Shown piece after piece: positions 1 through 13,027 of a DNA stretch of 64,000 nucleotides. Made by a program: the position numbers and the translations under genes. Positions within the stretch are counted from its first letter, which is position 1; the number at the start of each line of letters is the position of its first letter. The notes beneath the pieces are model-generated. The model did no database searches. It saw only the letters and a list, made by a program, of their open reading frames with translations, and was not told the origin of the DNA. Origin of the DNA: Dendrobates tinctorius (Eukaryota); contig NW_027361766.1 in NCBI RefSeq assembly GCF_039654945.1, positions 36,890,001-36,954,000 of the forward strand, given 5' to 3'.

Positions 1-585
1 AAGCTTTTTGAAATAGTTTTTGGTAATCACTCTGGATCTCCCTGATGACGACCCTAAAGACGACGACCCTGAAGACCACTCCGAAGAAGATGACGACCCC
101 GAAAACGACGACCCTGTAGACGACCCTGAAGACCACCCCGAAGAAGGCCAAGAAGATGACGCTGAAGAGGATGATGAAGGAGAAAGTGTGGGAGAAGTAA
201 AAAAGAAGGTGAAGAGCATGGAAGTAGTGAAACATAAATATCTGACAAAATATAAAAAAGCTTAGCATAGTCAATATCTTTGTAACTCCGAACGTCTTAA
301 AAAAAAAATTAATTCCTGCTATTCCATTTGATTGGGCTAAACCTCTATGCCTTTAATGTCTCCTCCACCTTCCTCAATACATTCTACATTATTCTTAGTT
401 GTTTTCCTTCATGTAGAATTAACCTGCAAGGAAAGTAAGGGTTTATTTTCATTCCGATATTTGTGTCCCATTGACTTGCATTGGTTTCCGGTATCGGAAT
501 CGGCGATATCTGATATTTTTGGGGTATTGGTCCGATCCAATCCGATCCGATATTTCCCGATATCGGAAGGTATCGCTCAACACTA
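1..585 (+). mobile_element. 3' end of a hAT DNA transposon, inverted second copy of the 37313-46363 family (runs off the window start)
   Basis: Ends in GTATCGCTCAACACTA, the reverse complement of the terminus at 37313. 1-585 is the reverse complement of 37313-38460 with an internal deletion, and includes the D/E-rich triplet cassette. Confidence 0.88.
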
Positions 586-2542
586 ATTACCAATCTACAT
601 ATATAAATACCAGTCTGTGTTCATCAGCTCATGAAATACATTTACATTTGACCAGCTTGCTTTTTCTGAAACTGCCTGCGCCCCTGAAAACCAAGGTGCG
701 AAAATTTTGCACGGGCCAAGCTAGTAATACAATATTTCGAAAAATTAAGGCAGATAAATAGATTTGGGGAAAGCGGGCTTTGGATGCAACTCAAATGGCA
801 TCTTTTTTTACATAAATTAATACAAAACTCTAATATAGTTTCATCATTTCTACACTGGGCAAAAGTCTTAAAGGAGAAATGAAACAGAATGTCACAATTG
901 CAAATAGCCATTATCAATATGTAGTGAATGGTCTCTAATCTCAGGGTCATGGACTTCACAAGACTTCTCTCATGTTGGATCTACACTTTTGTTTGGATGA
1001 ATGCAGCATGAACGTCATAACAAGTCCGTGGTTTAGGTAGTTTAAAATTGACAGTCTTATCTTTTACCATACACAAAAAAGTTAGGTATTTCAGATATTT
1101 TATTGGCCTCTCAAAGAGTTTTAAGCCGAATGATTATTGTTAATTCTGAGGTTTTTCTATAGGACCTTCATAAATTGTAGAACTATTGTGTTCAGCAACT
1201 TGTAGAACTTCCATAAAAATGAATGGAAAGAGTCATGTACAGGGTCCGTTCTTAAAATAGATGTGACTTCCAGTGGTAGGATTTGCATTTTTCAGAAATG
1301 TATGGCCCATCCTGTCTATGTATCATATAAACCATATGGCACAATACCATTGAAGAGTTTGAGGTCTATAGAACTATATATAGATTTCCATACATATATA
1401 CAATTGTAGAGCATTTCAGATACAGCCATTCTTCCATATGATTTTGAAGTTGTGCGGCAACTAAGTCATTTCAAACTGTTCAGATCAGTTATTGATTAAA
1501 ACTTTTTGATACTGCAAGATAACAGAAAGAACATTTCTGAACAAGGATTCCTAGCTATAATATGAAGGTAAAGGGAGTCCAATCAGATATTTAGAAGACT
1601 TCACAGAAGTTACTGTATTCAGGACGCAGGCCATATGTTCTACACCTTGAAAGAAGATTTCCAAACTATTTTTCACTAGTTACTGTTAAGGCGCCGTCAA
1701 ACTTAACAATGCACCAGCGATCCCGACAGCAATACAACCTTGTCAGGATCGCTAGTGCCTTGCTACATGATCGCTGGTTACCTGTCAAACAGAAATCATA
1801 TAGTATACCCTAAAACTAATATTTTATTAATAAAAAACCCACCAGGGTTACACCACAAGTGAACACAAAAGACAAAACAAAAAAAGTGTCCAAAAGTAAA
1901 TATATTAAAATGATTTGTGGGGAATGTCCTAGGAGTCCCTATTGAGGTAACCTATTTTCACCTTCCTAACCGCGGAGGTTGGCACCCTAGGGGGAACGTT
2001 GTGGCGCCCCCGCTCAACGATGGCTGTCCCTAGGGGCCCTATTGTACCCTAGCACCACTAATGAAGTCCCTTCCCCGATGCTAAGGGAACCCCTGCCAAA
2101 TAACAGAGACAAACCTACGATGAGGGGGACCCTAGAACCCACAAAATGTTACACATAAAAAGGAACACATGAATAGATAGGCCTATGGGGAGACAGTGCT
2201 GTCCTGACTCATGGCTCAGGCATATAAATATGACTGACAAAAGTACAATACATCATGACTCATCAGCTGCAAACAGTATGTGTCAATCCACCTAATTATC
2301 GCAGCATGTGTATTGCTTCACAAACATGTATATGTATAGTCCAAAATACCACATCCTCATAGGTCATGATTAATAAACTTAGCCAGGGTCGAAAAACACA
2401 TATAGAGCTTACATCCACACCATCAGTTTTCAGATCTCATCATATTATCAAAAAGCGGATAGAACATATCATCGGTGGAAAGCTCAAAATAAAAATGGGA
2501 TACTCGTCGTATACTCCAACAGCCTCCCCATAGCCTAAATAC

Positions 2543-2581
2543 GCCTCGACGCATTTCACCCCTCTGGGATCATCAGGAGGC
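2543..2581 (-). ncRNA. Minimal type I hammerhead ribozyme motif, variant copy (GAAAU instead of GAAAC)
   Basis: Reverse complement reads GCCTC CTGATGA TCCCAGAGGGGT GAAATGCGTC GAGGC. Confidence 0.7.
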
Positions 2582-3590
2582 TCGATAGCAACCTTACTAG
2601 TGTCCTAGTGTGGTAAAGTGGCCGGACTGTCCCGATATCCCTCCATTTAAATCTGCCACCACAGCGTACGCCAGCCCTGAACGCTGCATGGAGACACTAC
2701 CCCTAGCATCTGTACGCATGTCAAGCCGGAGCGTCACAGATCACCTGATAATCAGGGCGCTCTGTCGGCACATCTCCCCACAGTGCGCATGTCTGAACTC
2801 CAGACAGAGATCTCGCAGTATGTCTCGTGATAACTTAACATAGATCGATCGAGTGCGCACCCGCAGCATGTCTCATGATAGCTTAACATAAATCAATCCG
2901 GTGCGCACCCCAGCCACACAGCGCACATAACAACCGCTAACATATAAGATAGTGATCTCAGATCACATAGCGCAATGTCAATAGTATATATATAAACAGG
3001 ACACGCATCTTGTTAAACAGTCGCATGCGTCAGATAATCAACAACAACCCGGAGACCATAACGATATCTCCTAATGACATAAATACGAATAATCTCTTAA
3101 AAAAGAGAGAGAGATAATATCATGCACAGGTCCTAATATAAACATTGTATATAACCATAAAGGCAGATAGATACAGACTAATAGAAATTCGGTTCCTGAT
3201 ATATGTATATATGAACTTATCAATAATTCACTTAAATTATCCTGGAGACCTCAATAGTTTTCTCAAATACTAAGTTGCATAAAAACACATACTAAAGATG
3301 AATAACCATTTTCTTAAATCTACCTAGATGGTTATTGATTAGGGGGTCTCACGTCTCCTGGAAAAATGAGGGAAATGATATTAAAACAATCTACATGGAA
3401 AATCCATAGGGGTCTTAGTCTAGACTCCCACAAGAGTTGCAATCAGGTCCAGCATTCAAAAAGAGGTACTAAATAAAAATAAAAAATAATAAATAGAAGC
3501 ATATATTCTCATTGGTTAGTATATAGCAAACATTACAATCAAGAAATACAATAAAGGCCTAGCCTGACGTATTTCAAGGGGCCTGTTCTA

Positions 3591-4247
3591 CTATAAAAAA
3601 CAGGCAAATGACAGTTGTTCATTGAGGCCTAATGGTTCGAGGCTTTCCATTCTGAAGATCCACTCACACTCTCTTTTGAGGATGGTCTTATCTATATTAC
3701 CCCCACGGGGATTTAGATTGACCACCTCAATGATCGTAAATTTTATATCCGCAAGGGAATTATTGTGAGCACATCACATATGTATAGCAAGTGGAGTATC
3801 CCTTCTATTTCTGATATCTCCCACATGTTCCCCCACTCTCCTTCTGAACTCCCTTTTAGTTTTACCTACATAATCTTTTGGGCAGGAACATGTGGCAAGA
3901 TAGACCACACCAGTGGTCTTACAGTTTGAGAAGTCTCGTTGATAAAAAACCTTCCCTGTCACCGAACTGTTGAAGGATTTGTTAGGTTTCATCCACTTAC
4001 ATAAACTGCAGTCTCCACATTTAAAGAAGCCGACAGGTTTCCTCTCAAGCCAAGTTCCTTTCTTGGCCGGTCTCTTGTACTGGCTATGCACTAGCATATC
4101 CCTCAGAGATTTCCCCTTCCTGAATGTGATATTTGGCCGTTCGCCTATCAGGCCACCAATCTCGGGGTCCAATCTCAAAATGTCCCAATGTTTCATCAAG
4201 ATTGTTCTAACTTCTTGATGTTTGGTATCGAATGTACCTATAATCCT
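3591..4247 (-). pseudogene. Zn-linker plus GIY-YIG endonuclease remnant of the Penelope-like element
   Basis: GFFKCGDCSLC linker; NCKTTGVVYLATCSCPKDYVGKTKREFRRRVGEH motif; internal stop at 3774, then LKRECEWIFRMESLEPLGLN ending at TAG 3591. Confidence 0.9.
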
Positions 4248-4295
4248 CAGTCCGGCCACTTTACCACACTAGGACACTAGTAAGGTTGCTATCGA

Positions 4296-4334
4296 GCCTC
4301 CTGATGATCCCAGAGGGGTGAAACGCGTCGAGGC
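4296..4334 (+). ncRNA. Minimal type I hammerhead ribozyme with canonical core
   Basis: Stem I GCCTC/GAGGC, CUGAUGA, stem II CCC-AGA-GGG, GAAAC, palindromic ACGCGU stem III, GUC cleavage triplet at 4327-29. Confidence 0.85.
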
Positions 4335-5972
4335 GTATTTAGGCTATGGGGAGGCTGTTGGAGTATACGATGAGTATCCCATTTTTATTTTGAGCTTTCC
4401 ACCGATGATATGTTCTATCCGCTTTTTGATAATATGATGAGATCTGAAAACTGATGGTGTGGATGTAAGCTCTATATGTGTTTTTCGACCCTGGCTAAGT
4501 TTATTAATCATGACCTATGAGGATGTGGTATTTTGGACTATACATATACATGTCTGTGAAGCAATACACATGCTGCGATAATTAGGTGGATTGACACATA
4601 CTGTTTGCAGCTGATGAGTCATGATGTATTGTACTTTTGTCAGTCATATTTATATGCCTGAGCCATGAGTCAAGACAGCACTGTCTCCCCATAGGCCTAT
4701 CTATTCATGTGTTCCTTTTTATGTGTAACATTTTGTGGGTTCTAGGGTCCCCCTCATCGTAGGTTTGTCTCTGTTATTTGGCAGGGGTTCCCTTAGCATC
4801 GGGGAAGGGACTTCATTAGTGGTGCTAGGGTACAATAGGGCCCCTAGGGACAGCCATCGTTGAGCGGGGGCGCCACAACGTTCCCCCTAGGGTGCCAACC
4901 TCCGCGGTTAGGAAGGTGAAAATAGGTTACCTCAATAGGGACTCCTAGGACATTCCCCACAAATCATTTTAATATATTTACTTTTGGACACTTTTTTTGT
5001 TTTGTCTTTTGTGTTCACTTGTGGTGTAACCCTGGTGGGTTTTTTATTAATAAAATATTAGTTTTAGGGTATGCTATATGATTTCTATTTGAGACCCTTG
5101 AGTATTTAAATTGATTTTTGTTACCTGTCAAACAGGCAGACTCACCAGCAATCAGGACCAGTGAAGACACTGGTATCCAAGGTAAATATCTAGTAACTAA
5201 GCAAGCGTGTCGCTTAGTTACCCGCTGTGTACCTTAGATACCTATGTGCTCGCGCTGGGAGCTGGTATCTAAGATACACAGTGGGTAAGTAAACGCACGC
5301 ATCACTTAGTTACCCACTGTGTACCTTGGTTACCAGCTCCCTGCCCGAGGATGCAGGTATCTAAGGTACACAGCGGGTAACTAACTGACGGCGCGCGCTT
5401 AGTTACCCAATATTTACCTTAGATACCAGCTCCCAGCGTCTGCTTACAGCGCTGGGAGCTCACAAATCGTTGGTCTCCCGCTGCCACATGCAACGATGCG
5501 CGCTGGCCAGCGGGAGACCAACCATCAAAAAATGGCCCAGGACATTGCTGCATGATCAGCGATACCCGGCGGGGGGGCGGTCGCTGATGCGTGTCACACA
5601 CAGCGAGATCGCTGGCAAGATCACTGTTGCATCACAAAATCAGCGATCTCGCTGTCTGTGACGGGGCCTTTAGGGGCACATGAGCGCTGATTAAATCAGC
5701 CATTCTCAGACATGAAAGATGAGGACTCGGTGTGCGAACTAACATCAAATGCAGGAACACGACATATGACGTAACTGTTTGTCATATGTCATAATTACTA
5801 GTCTACTTTCTTTCTCGGATTCCAGCAAGTTATATAAGCTGATTTGTGATTATTTTATATTTGATTGTTCATCCTGTGTTTTTTATACCTTACTATAAAT
5901 CCAATAAACAAAACAATTGTTAAAAAAAAAAAAAAATTATCCCTATCTAATTGTAGGTTACAAATAGTCATT

Positions 5973-6932
5973 ATGGAACTCCGAGTTTTCATTAAAGCAT
6001 TTGGATTTCTGCTTTTGCTCATAATTGGAATCCCAGGAAACGTCTTTATCTGTTTACAATTAACATATGTGAGAATCTCTGAGAAAAAACTCCTTCCCAC
6101 CAACATGATAATGGCAATATTGTGTTTCTTCAACTTCTTTGTTCTCTTTTCACGTATAATCCCGCAGTCCCTCAATGCTTTAGGTGTTGAGGATTTGCTC
6201 GATGACACTGAGTGTAAGCTGGTCATATACACATACAGAGTAAGTCGAGCAATGTCCATATGCATCACCTGTCTGCTTAGCTGCCACCAGTGTATTCTCA
6301 TTGCACCAATGAAACAAATTTATCTAAAACAAAAAGTAACGCAAAGATCTGTGATCATTATTCTGTTTTTATGGATCATTAATCTTTGTACATATCCTTT
6401 CTTTGTCCTCAATGCCAATGCTAGAAAAAATGGAACCACCTCAATCTATACTCTCCATCTGGTCTACTGCGAAGCAGACTTTCTAAATTATAGATCATAT
6501 ATTATGAATGGAATGTTTTATGCAATTCGCGATTTCATTTTTGTCATCGTCATGATTATTTCAAGCAGTTACATGGTGTGCATCTTGTTTTACCATGGAA
6601 GAAATATGAGAAGAATGATGACCACGGACAAGTCCCAAAGGCACATGGTACATTACAAAGCCTCAATAGCGATCATCTCATTGGTTTCTTTGTATGTAGC
6701 ACTATTTGGACTTGACAATTCATTGTGGATATATACATTAACTTTGTCAAATGTGAGTCCAGACATGAATGATACTCGGATATTCTTAGCTTCATCATAT
6801 GCCGCTCTAAGTCCAATGCTCATAATAGCCACCAACCCTAAGCTTCAGCTTAATCGGCTATTTTCCCATAAACAGAAACCATATCCAATATCTATAGAAG
6901 ATCATGGACATGTCAACTGCATTACGGAATGA
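5973..6932 (+). CDS. Vomeronasal type-1 receptor (V1R / olfactory receptor class A-like) GPCR, 319 aa
   Basis: Seven hydrophobic segments, GIPGN in TM1, CKLVIYTYRVSRAMSICITCLLSCHQCILIAP in TM3, YAALSP in TM7. ATG 5973 aligns with the start of the two paralogues and follows a splice acceptor (AG at 5955-56). Confidence 0.95.
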   Translation: MELRVFIKAFGFLLLLIIGIPGNVFICLQLTYVRISEKKLLPTNMIMAILCFFNFFVLFSRIIPQSLNALGVEDLLDDTECKLVIYTYRVSRAMSICITCLLSCHQCILIAPMKQIYLKQKVTQRSVIIILFLWIINLCTYPFFVLNANARKNGTTSIYTLHLVYCEADFLNYRSYIMNGMFYAIRDFIFVIVMIISSSYMVCILFYHGRNMRRMMTTDKSQRHMVHYKASIAIISLVSLYVALFGLDNSLWIYTLTLSNVSPDMNDTRIFLASSYAALSPMLIIATNPKLQLNRLFSHKQKPYPISIEDHGHVNCITE

Positions 6933-9196
6933 AAAAGTAACAGTGGATAACATTTTTACAATTGATTTCCAGGATTAAAATAATCCACATACATTACAGA
7001 ACATCTGGTTACATTTTTTTTTATCATTTACTGCATAGAAAAGTATTGCAGCCAATGTAAAAATGCTGAGTTGGGGCAAAAAGACTGTGCATGGCATCAG
7101 AAAAATTACAGTGAAATCATCACTATTTCTAAAAATGTGCATTAACGCTAAAATATTATAATGTAAAAAATAATGATATTCCCAGAAGGGACTGATACAT
7201 ACTATGTACGTTCTTTAATGTAGTAATTTGGTAAATGCCACGTTTATACTGAGCCAAATTAGCCCTAATAAGATAGAAATATAGAAAATAATGTTCCTAC
7301 AAATGAAAGTGCTTATGCAAATATTATGGTGCTTCATAAAGAGCATTTCCCAGCTATACTATGATTAAGCCATGCTTTATTTTACTCATTGTGTGTATAA
7401 TATAATGCAAATGAAATATAATAAAATACAAATGTATCCTTACACATATGCATTAATGTGTATTACATAAAGCATTTTACAAGGACGCTTTAAAGAAGAA
7501 GATTTAGATGGTTGTAAATAACAACATAAGCTTGTATGGATGTAGGTTTAAGTAAAACACTTCCAATATAAAAGTAAATCATAAGCAAGTTTTAATTGTA
7601 ATATAACGGTATGGGTTAGCATCGCCATACTTGTCCTTGGCATATGCCTGGTACAGGAGAGTACAGAAGAAATCATGGGTTTCCCCTAGAAAAAGTCTGC
7701 ATTGAGCCACCCCCTCCGAACCCCCCCCCAAAAAAAAATAAGTCAAGTAGGTTAGGACAGGACACATTGGTATAGTCACCGAAGGGCTTACTTCCCTGTT
7801 GTAGACAGGAAGAGAGACATGTATTCCTTAGTGTTCTCACCAACTACAACATACCTTTCATGGATACCTTACAGTATAATGCTTCTCTATTTAATATGGT
7901 GCTCCCAAAAATACCCCCCACACACATACAGCATGATATCCTCACAGTCAATAACGCCAAGTAACTTGTCTTCACATTACTGACCACATGCTCTCTATAA
8001 TACTCCCCACTGTGTTTCCAACACTGTATGATGTTCACACTGTTCACCCAACATAGTAAAAGACTCCCTCACTGCCCACCACACAGTATGATGCCTTCAC
8101 AGTCACCCAATTCACAGTATGAAAACTCCAAAGTACTCCCCACCTATTCATAGAATGCTACAGTTGAAAGGTACCTCAGGGGTCAATGTTTCATTTAGTT
8201 CACAAAAGAGAATAGCATATCGGTTACCATGACCATGGTCCAGTGGCTACATCAGGAGTCAATCAATTCTGGATTGAAGCCCTGTGAACCTTCTCAGTCC
8301 TGCTGGCATATCCAGCACCTCTTCTGATTTGAATTAGCATTTTGGAATAAAATATAACTTTTAATAAGAAAATAGTAAAATAAATATAGATAACCTAAAG
8401 TGCAAGGTAACAAGACAAACAGGACAAACACTGTGGTAAATACGAAAAACACGAAAAACATACTCGTCTAAATAGACCTTGGGGACCCTAGGTCCTTTCC
8501 CAGTTAGCAAACTGAACAGTTGCTGGTATCCGATGACAGCATTAGCTTCAATGTAGCTGTACACAACTCCACTTATTATAAGTGACAAAAGTGGGTAGGG
8601 ATATTCAGCAAAATCGTGTAAGATCGACAATAAAGCAAGCATAAAGACCAAGATACTGCAGGCTAAATGGACTAGTATAGCCTATATTTCTCATAAGCTG
8701 CCATACACCATGCGTACAAGCGCTATAGTATGACACAGGCAAAAAAGAGAAGATCTCACCAATATTAGAAAGTAGTATATGTTACCAATTCATCTCTCCC
8801 ATACATATACAGTGATCAACGTTCCTCCTCAGTCCACTTCCCAATATACAGGTTGAGGGGTCAATACGAAATTTTGGTAAATAAGAAGGAAATGTCATAT
8901 TGCTATGACAGCAACCTATTTGGCGACATGGTCACATCTACCCCAAATCACTCCCCTAATGAGCATTGATGAAAAGCGTCGGAAGAATGGGGGAGAGCAT
9001 CCACTTGATCTTTTAAAGGGGAACACAGTAATCATACCTCTTTATCGGTTTCGGGAAAAAGGATTATACACCTCTCTTTTACCTTCTGTTTGCATTTCAT
9101 AATTAATCCTGACATTTTCTTTGGCCTTTGTTCACACCCATAGAGTTAATCACTTTTTTTCAGATAGAAGCCATGTATTATATATATATATATATA

Positions 9197-10095
9197 CACT
9201 CACTGGCCACTTTATTAGGTACACCATGCTAGTAACGGGTTGGACCCCCTTTTGCCTTCAGAACTGCCTCAATTCTTCGTGGCAGAGATTCAACAAGGTG
9301 CTGGAAGCATTCCTCAGAGATTTTGGACCATATTGACATGATGGCATCACACAGTTGGCGCAGATTTGTCGGCTGCACATCCCTGATGCGAATCTCCCGT
9401 TCCACCACATCCCAAAGATGCTCTATTGGATTGAGATCTGGTGACTGAGGAGGCCATTTGAGTACAGTGAACTCATTGTCATGTTCAAGAAACCAATCTG
9501 AGATGATTCGAGCTTTATGACATGGCGCATTATCCTGCTGAAAGTAGCCATCAGATGCCTGTTCTTAGCTGAGAGGAGTGGTACCCAGTGTGGTCTTCTG
9601 CTGCTGTAGCCCATCTGCCTCAAAGTTCGACGCACTGTGCGTTCAGAGATGCTCTTCTGCCTACCTTGGTTGTAACGGGTGGCAATTTGAGTCACTGTTG
9701 CCTTTCTATCAGCTCGAACCAGTATGCCCATTCTCCTCTGACCTCTGGCATCAACAAGGCATTTCCGGCCACAGAACTGCCGCTCACTGGATTTTTTTTC
9801 TTTTTCGGACCATTCTCTGTAAACCCTAGAGATGGTTGTGCGTGAAAATCCCAGTAGATCAGCAGTTTCTGAAATACTCAGACCAGCCCTTCTGGCACCA
9901 ACAATCATGCCACGTTCAAAGGCACTCAAATCACCTTTCTTCCCCATACTGATGCTCGGTTTGAACTGCAGGAGATTGTCTTGACCATGTCTACATGCCT
10001 AAATGCACTGAGTTGCCGCCATGTGATTGGCTGATTAGAAATTAAGTCTTAACACACAGTTGGACAGGTGTACCTAATAAAGTGGCCAGTGAGTG
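9197..10095 (-). mobile_element. Internally deleted Tc1 transposon (TC1DR3-like)
   Basis: TIRs CACTCACTGGCCACTTTATTAGGTACACC at both ends, flanked by TA within (TA)n. Transposase N-terminus MGKKGDLSAFERGMIVGARRAGLSISETADLLGFSRTT from 9947; deletion junction near 9558. Confidence 0.93.
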
Positions 10096-10282
10096 TATAT
10101 ATATATACTAGCTGAAGAGCCCAGCGTTGCCTGGGCATAGTAACCAACTGTGGTTAGTTATAACAAATTATAATGATTATATTGCACATAAAAACATTTC
10201 ACATCATATATTCAACACTACAGATTTGCAACACAAATTAACTAAACGATTACCCAAGTAATGATAGTATTTTATTTTCAAC

Positions 10283-10575
10283 TCATTCAAGAGCCTTTTG
10301 ATAAACAACATGTTTGGTTTTTCCTTTTGGTGCAAAGATGAACAGATTTTTGGCAGTTCCAACTCTTGAACAGATCACGTAAAGTTGACAATGAGAAAAG
10401 CATGGAGATTGCAAATCGATTCCTACTACTTACAAGGACTGTCCCTGAGCATTGTTAATGGACATTGCAAATAGCAGTTGAACTGGAAACTGGAGGCGTT
10501 TAAAATCAAAAAACAAATCAGATGGAATGAGTGGAATTCTTGGAATGAAAAGGTCCTGTCCTTTGGCACATCCTG
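10283..10575 (-). pseudogene. Pif1-like helicase C-terminus of Helitron RepHel
   Basis: Translates as FIPRIPLIPSD..FKRLQFPV..FAMSINNAQGQS..VGIDLQSPCFSHCQLYVICSRV..KTKHVVYQKALE*. Confidence 0.88.
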
Positions 10576-10579
10576 TTTC

Positions 10580-11390
10580 TGAGCTGTGTTTCTAGCCCTA
10601 TCATGTGTGATAATGTCTGCTGAGCTGTGTACCTAATCCTCTGCTGTGTGATACTTTCTGCTGAGCTGTGTATCTAATCCTATTATGTGTTACTGACTGC
10701 TCAGCTGTGTATCTAATCCTATTCTGTGTGATACTGACTGCTGAGCCGTGTATCTAATCCTATCCTGTGTGATACTGACTGCTGAGCCATGTATCTAATC
10801 CTATTCTGTGTGATACTGTCTGCTGAGCTGTGTATCTAACCCTATCCTGTGTGATAATGTCTGCTGAGCTGTGTATCTAATCCTCTCCTGTGTGATACTT
10901 TCTGCTGAGCTGTTTATCTAATCCTATCGTGTGTTACTGACTGCTCAGCCATGTATCTAATCCTATTCTATGTGATACTGACTGCTGAGCAGTGTGTCTA
11001 ATCCTATCCTGTGTGATACCATCTTCTGAGCCGTGTATCTAACCCTAACCTATGTGATACTGACTGCTGAGCCGTGTTCCTAATCCTATCATGTGTGTTA
11101 CTGACTGCTGAGCCATGTATCTAATCCTATTCTGTGTGATACTGTCTGCTAAGCTGTGTATCTAATACTATTCTGTGCGATACTGTGCGCTGAGCTGTGT
11201 ATCTAATCCTATCCTGTGTGATACTGTCTGCTGAGCCGTGTATCAACTACTATTCTGTGTGATACTGTGTGCTGAGCTGTGTATCTAATCCTATCCTGTG
11301 TGATATTGACTGCTGAGCTGTGTATCTAATCCTATCCTGTGTGATACTGACTGATGAGTTGTGTATCTAATAGTATCCTGTGTGATACTG
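10580..11390. repeat. 41-bp minisatellite, about 19-20 copies, inside the Helitron
   Basis: Unit CTGCTGAGCTGTGTATCTAATCCTATCCTGTGTGATACTGA. Confidence 0.95.
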
Positions 11391-12244
11391 GGCTCCCTCT
11401 GCAGTCTGTGTCAGAGTGTGGTCTGTGTTGGCATGGTAATAAATTGTGTTATTTCCAGCTTTACAGAAGGACGATAACACCATAGAAATGATAGGAATAA
11501 TAGGCCTCAGTTACTACAACTGTCTACAAAGAAAACTGTTGCTGATAGCAACCAATCACAGCTCATTTTTCATCTTTTAAACAGCTCTGAGACAGTGTGG
11601 TGAGTTGTGAGTGGCGACTTTTGTGTTTCGACTTTTATGTGGTGAAGTTGGTGTATGTGTGGTGAAATGTGTGCTGAGGGTGGTATATGTGTTGAAGCAC
11701 GTGGTAGTGTGTGGTGCATTTTGTGTGTGTGTTCATATCCCCGTGTGTGGTGAGTATCCCATGTCAGGGCCCCACCTTAGCAACAGTAAGGTATATACTC
11801 TTTGGCACCATCCCTCTCATTCTTTATGTCCCCTTTGTTCACATCTGGCAGCTGTCAATTTGCCTCCAACACTTTTCCTTTCACTTTTTCCCCATTATGT
11901 AGATAGGGGCAAAATTGTTGGGTGAATTGGAATGCGCGGGGTTAAAATTTTCCTCACGACATAGCCTATGATGCTCTCGAGGTCCAGTCGTGTGACTGTG
12001 CAAAAAGTTTGTGGCTGTAGCTATGACGGTGCAGATGCCAATCCGGGAGATACACACTTACATACATAAACTTTTTCCCCATTATGTACCTAGGGGCAAA
12101 ATTGTTTGGTGAATTGGAACGCTCGGGGTTAAAATTTCGCCTCACAACATAGCGTATGACACTCTCGGGGTCCAGACGTGTGACTGTGCAAAATTTTGTG
12201 GCTGTAGCTGCAACGGTGCAGATGCCAATTCCTGACATACACTA

Positions 12245-13027
12245 TGTGGTGTAATGACCCCTGTGTCCGCTAGGGGCCCTGTGTGGATGTCCCAAGAGAG
12301 AGGATGAGTGGCAGAATCCTGAAGGACCGTTATGTATCTCAAGGTGGGTGGCATTGAGATGGATACTGATGTGTGTGTTGATCAGCAGTGATATTGCTGA
12401 AGTGCTGTGTCAATGTGTCAGGGAGACGTCTCCAGGTAACTGGGGAGATGGGCGAGCCCAGTTACCTACAAACCCACCCAGGGGGTGTGTTTAAGGACGC
12501 TATTGCAAAGAGTGTGTGAATGGTTCAAGGACCTGTGATGAGGTCATAGCCATGTGACCCGGTGGACATGGTTACGGACCATATATGGTGGCCAGGGTAG
12601 GTCACATGTGGTGAATGCTGGGACCCGGTTGGTCCAATGTGGAAGGTCCCGCTGAGATGGGGCTACCTGGCTAACAGCCTGTGAAGTGGCTGTGAGTAAT
12701 GGCGACATGTGCCTGTTAGTTCCCTGGAGGGAATGAACATGTGCAGCATGGTGAAGCAGCATGAGGAAACCCTGACAGGGTGAGATAACTTAGTGGCTAG
12801 AAAGCCTGCGCATTGAACAGTGCATAACTTGTCTGACTACAGGATAACAGAGCTGAACTCTGTAATGGACTCTTTGCTGACTATATGCTGTTTCCTGTTG
12901 CTTTGATGGTTTTTGATGCTGAATAAACCGAAGAGACTATGATTGTTTTATGAAAAACCCGTACCGGATCTGGTTTTTGTGGCTGCAAGCGAGTGATCCC
13001 CTATGTGAATGACAGCGCTACCTCACA
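12245..13027 (+). mobile_element. Probable solo LTR nested in the Helitron
   Basis: TGTGG...TCACA ends, AATAAA near 12922, interrupts a CA-rich Helitron tract. TSD is not clean. Confidence 0.55.

Larger units (their letters stand above)
1793..5119 (-). mobile_element. 5'-truncated Penelope-like retroelement (Neptune-type) with inverted pseudo-LTR
   Basis: 16-bp TSD GTTACCTGTCAAACAG (1777-92, 5120-35). Near-perfect 839-bp inverted arms (1791-2629, 4248-5086) flank a GIY-YIG remnant, with a hammerhead in each arm. Confidence 0.92.
1689..5669. mobile_element. PIF/Harbinger-type MITE, split by a Penelope-like insertion (own sequence 1689-1792 plus 5120-5669)
   Basis: TIRs AGGCGCCGTCA.../...TGACGGGGCCT with TTA on both sides (1686-88, 5670-72). 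Same family as the MITEs at 31847, 48426 and 63631. Confidence 0.8.

Noticed and set aside
640-1680. Possible decayed V1R pseudogene (YVVNGL resembles YIINGL)
   Set aside because: Neighbouring translation shows no other V1R motifs or transmembrane pattern.
5865-5972. 36-aa N-terminal extension of V1R gene 1 in the ORF track
   Set aside because: Non-ATG start, includes a poly(A) run and crosses a splice acceptor; paralogues start at the ATG equivalent to 5973.
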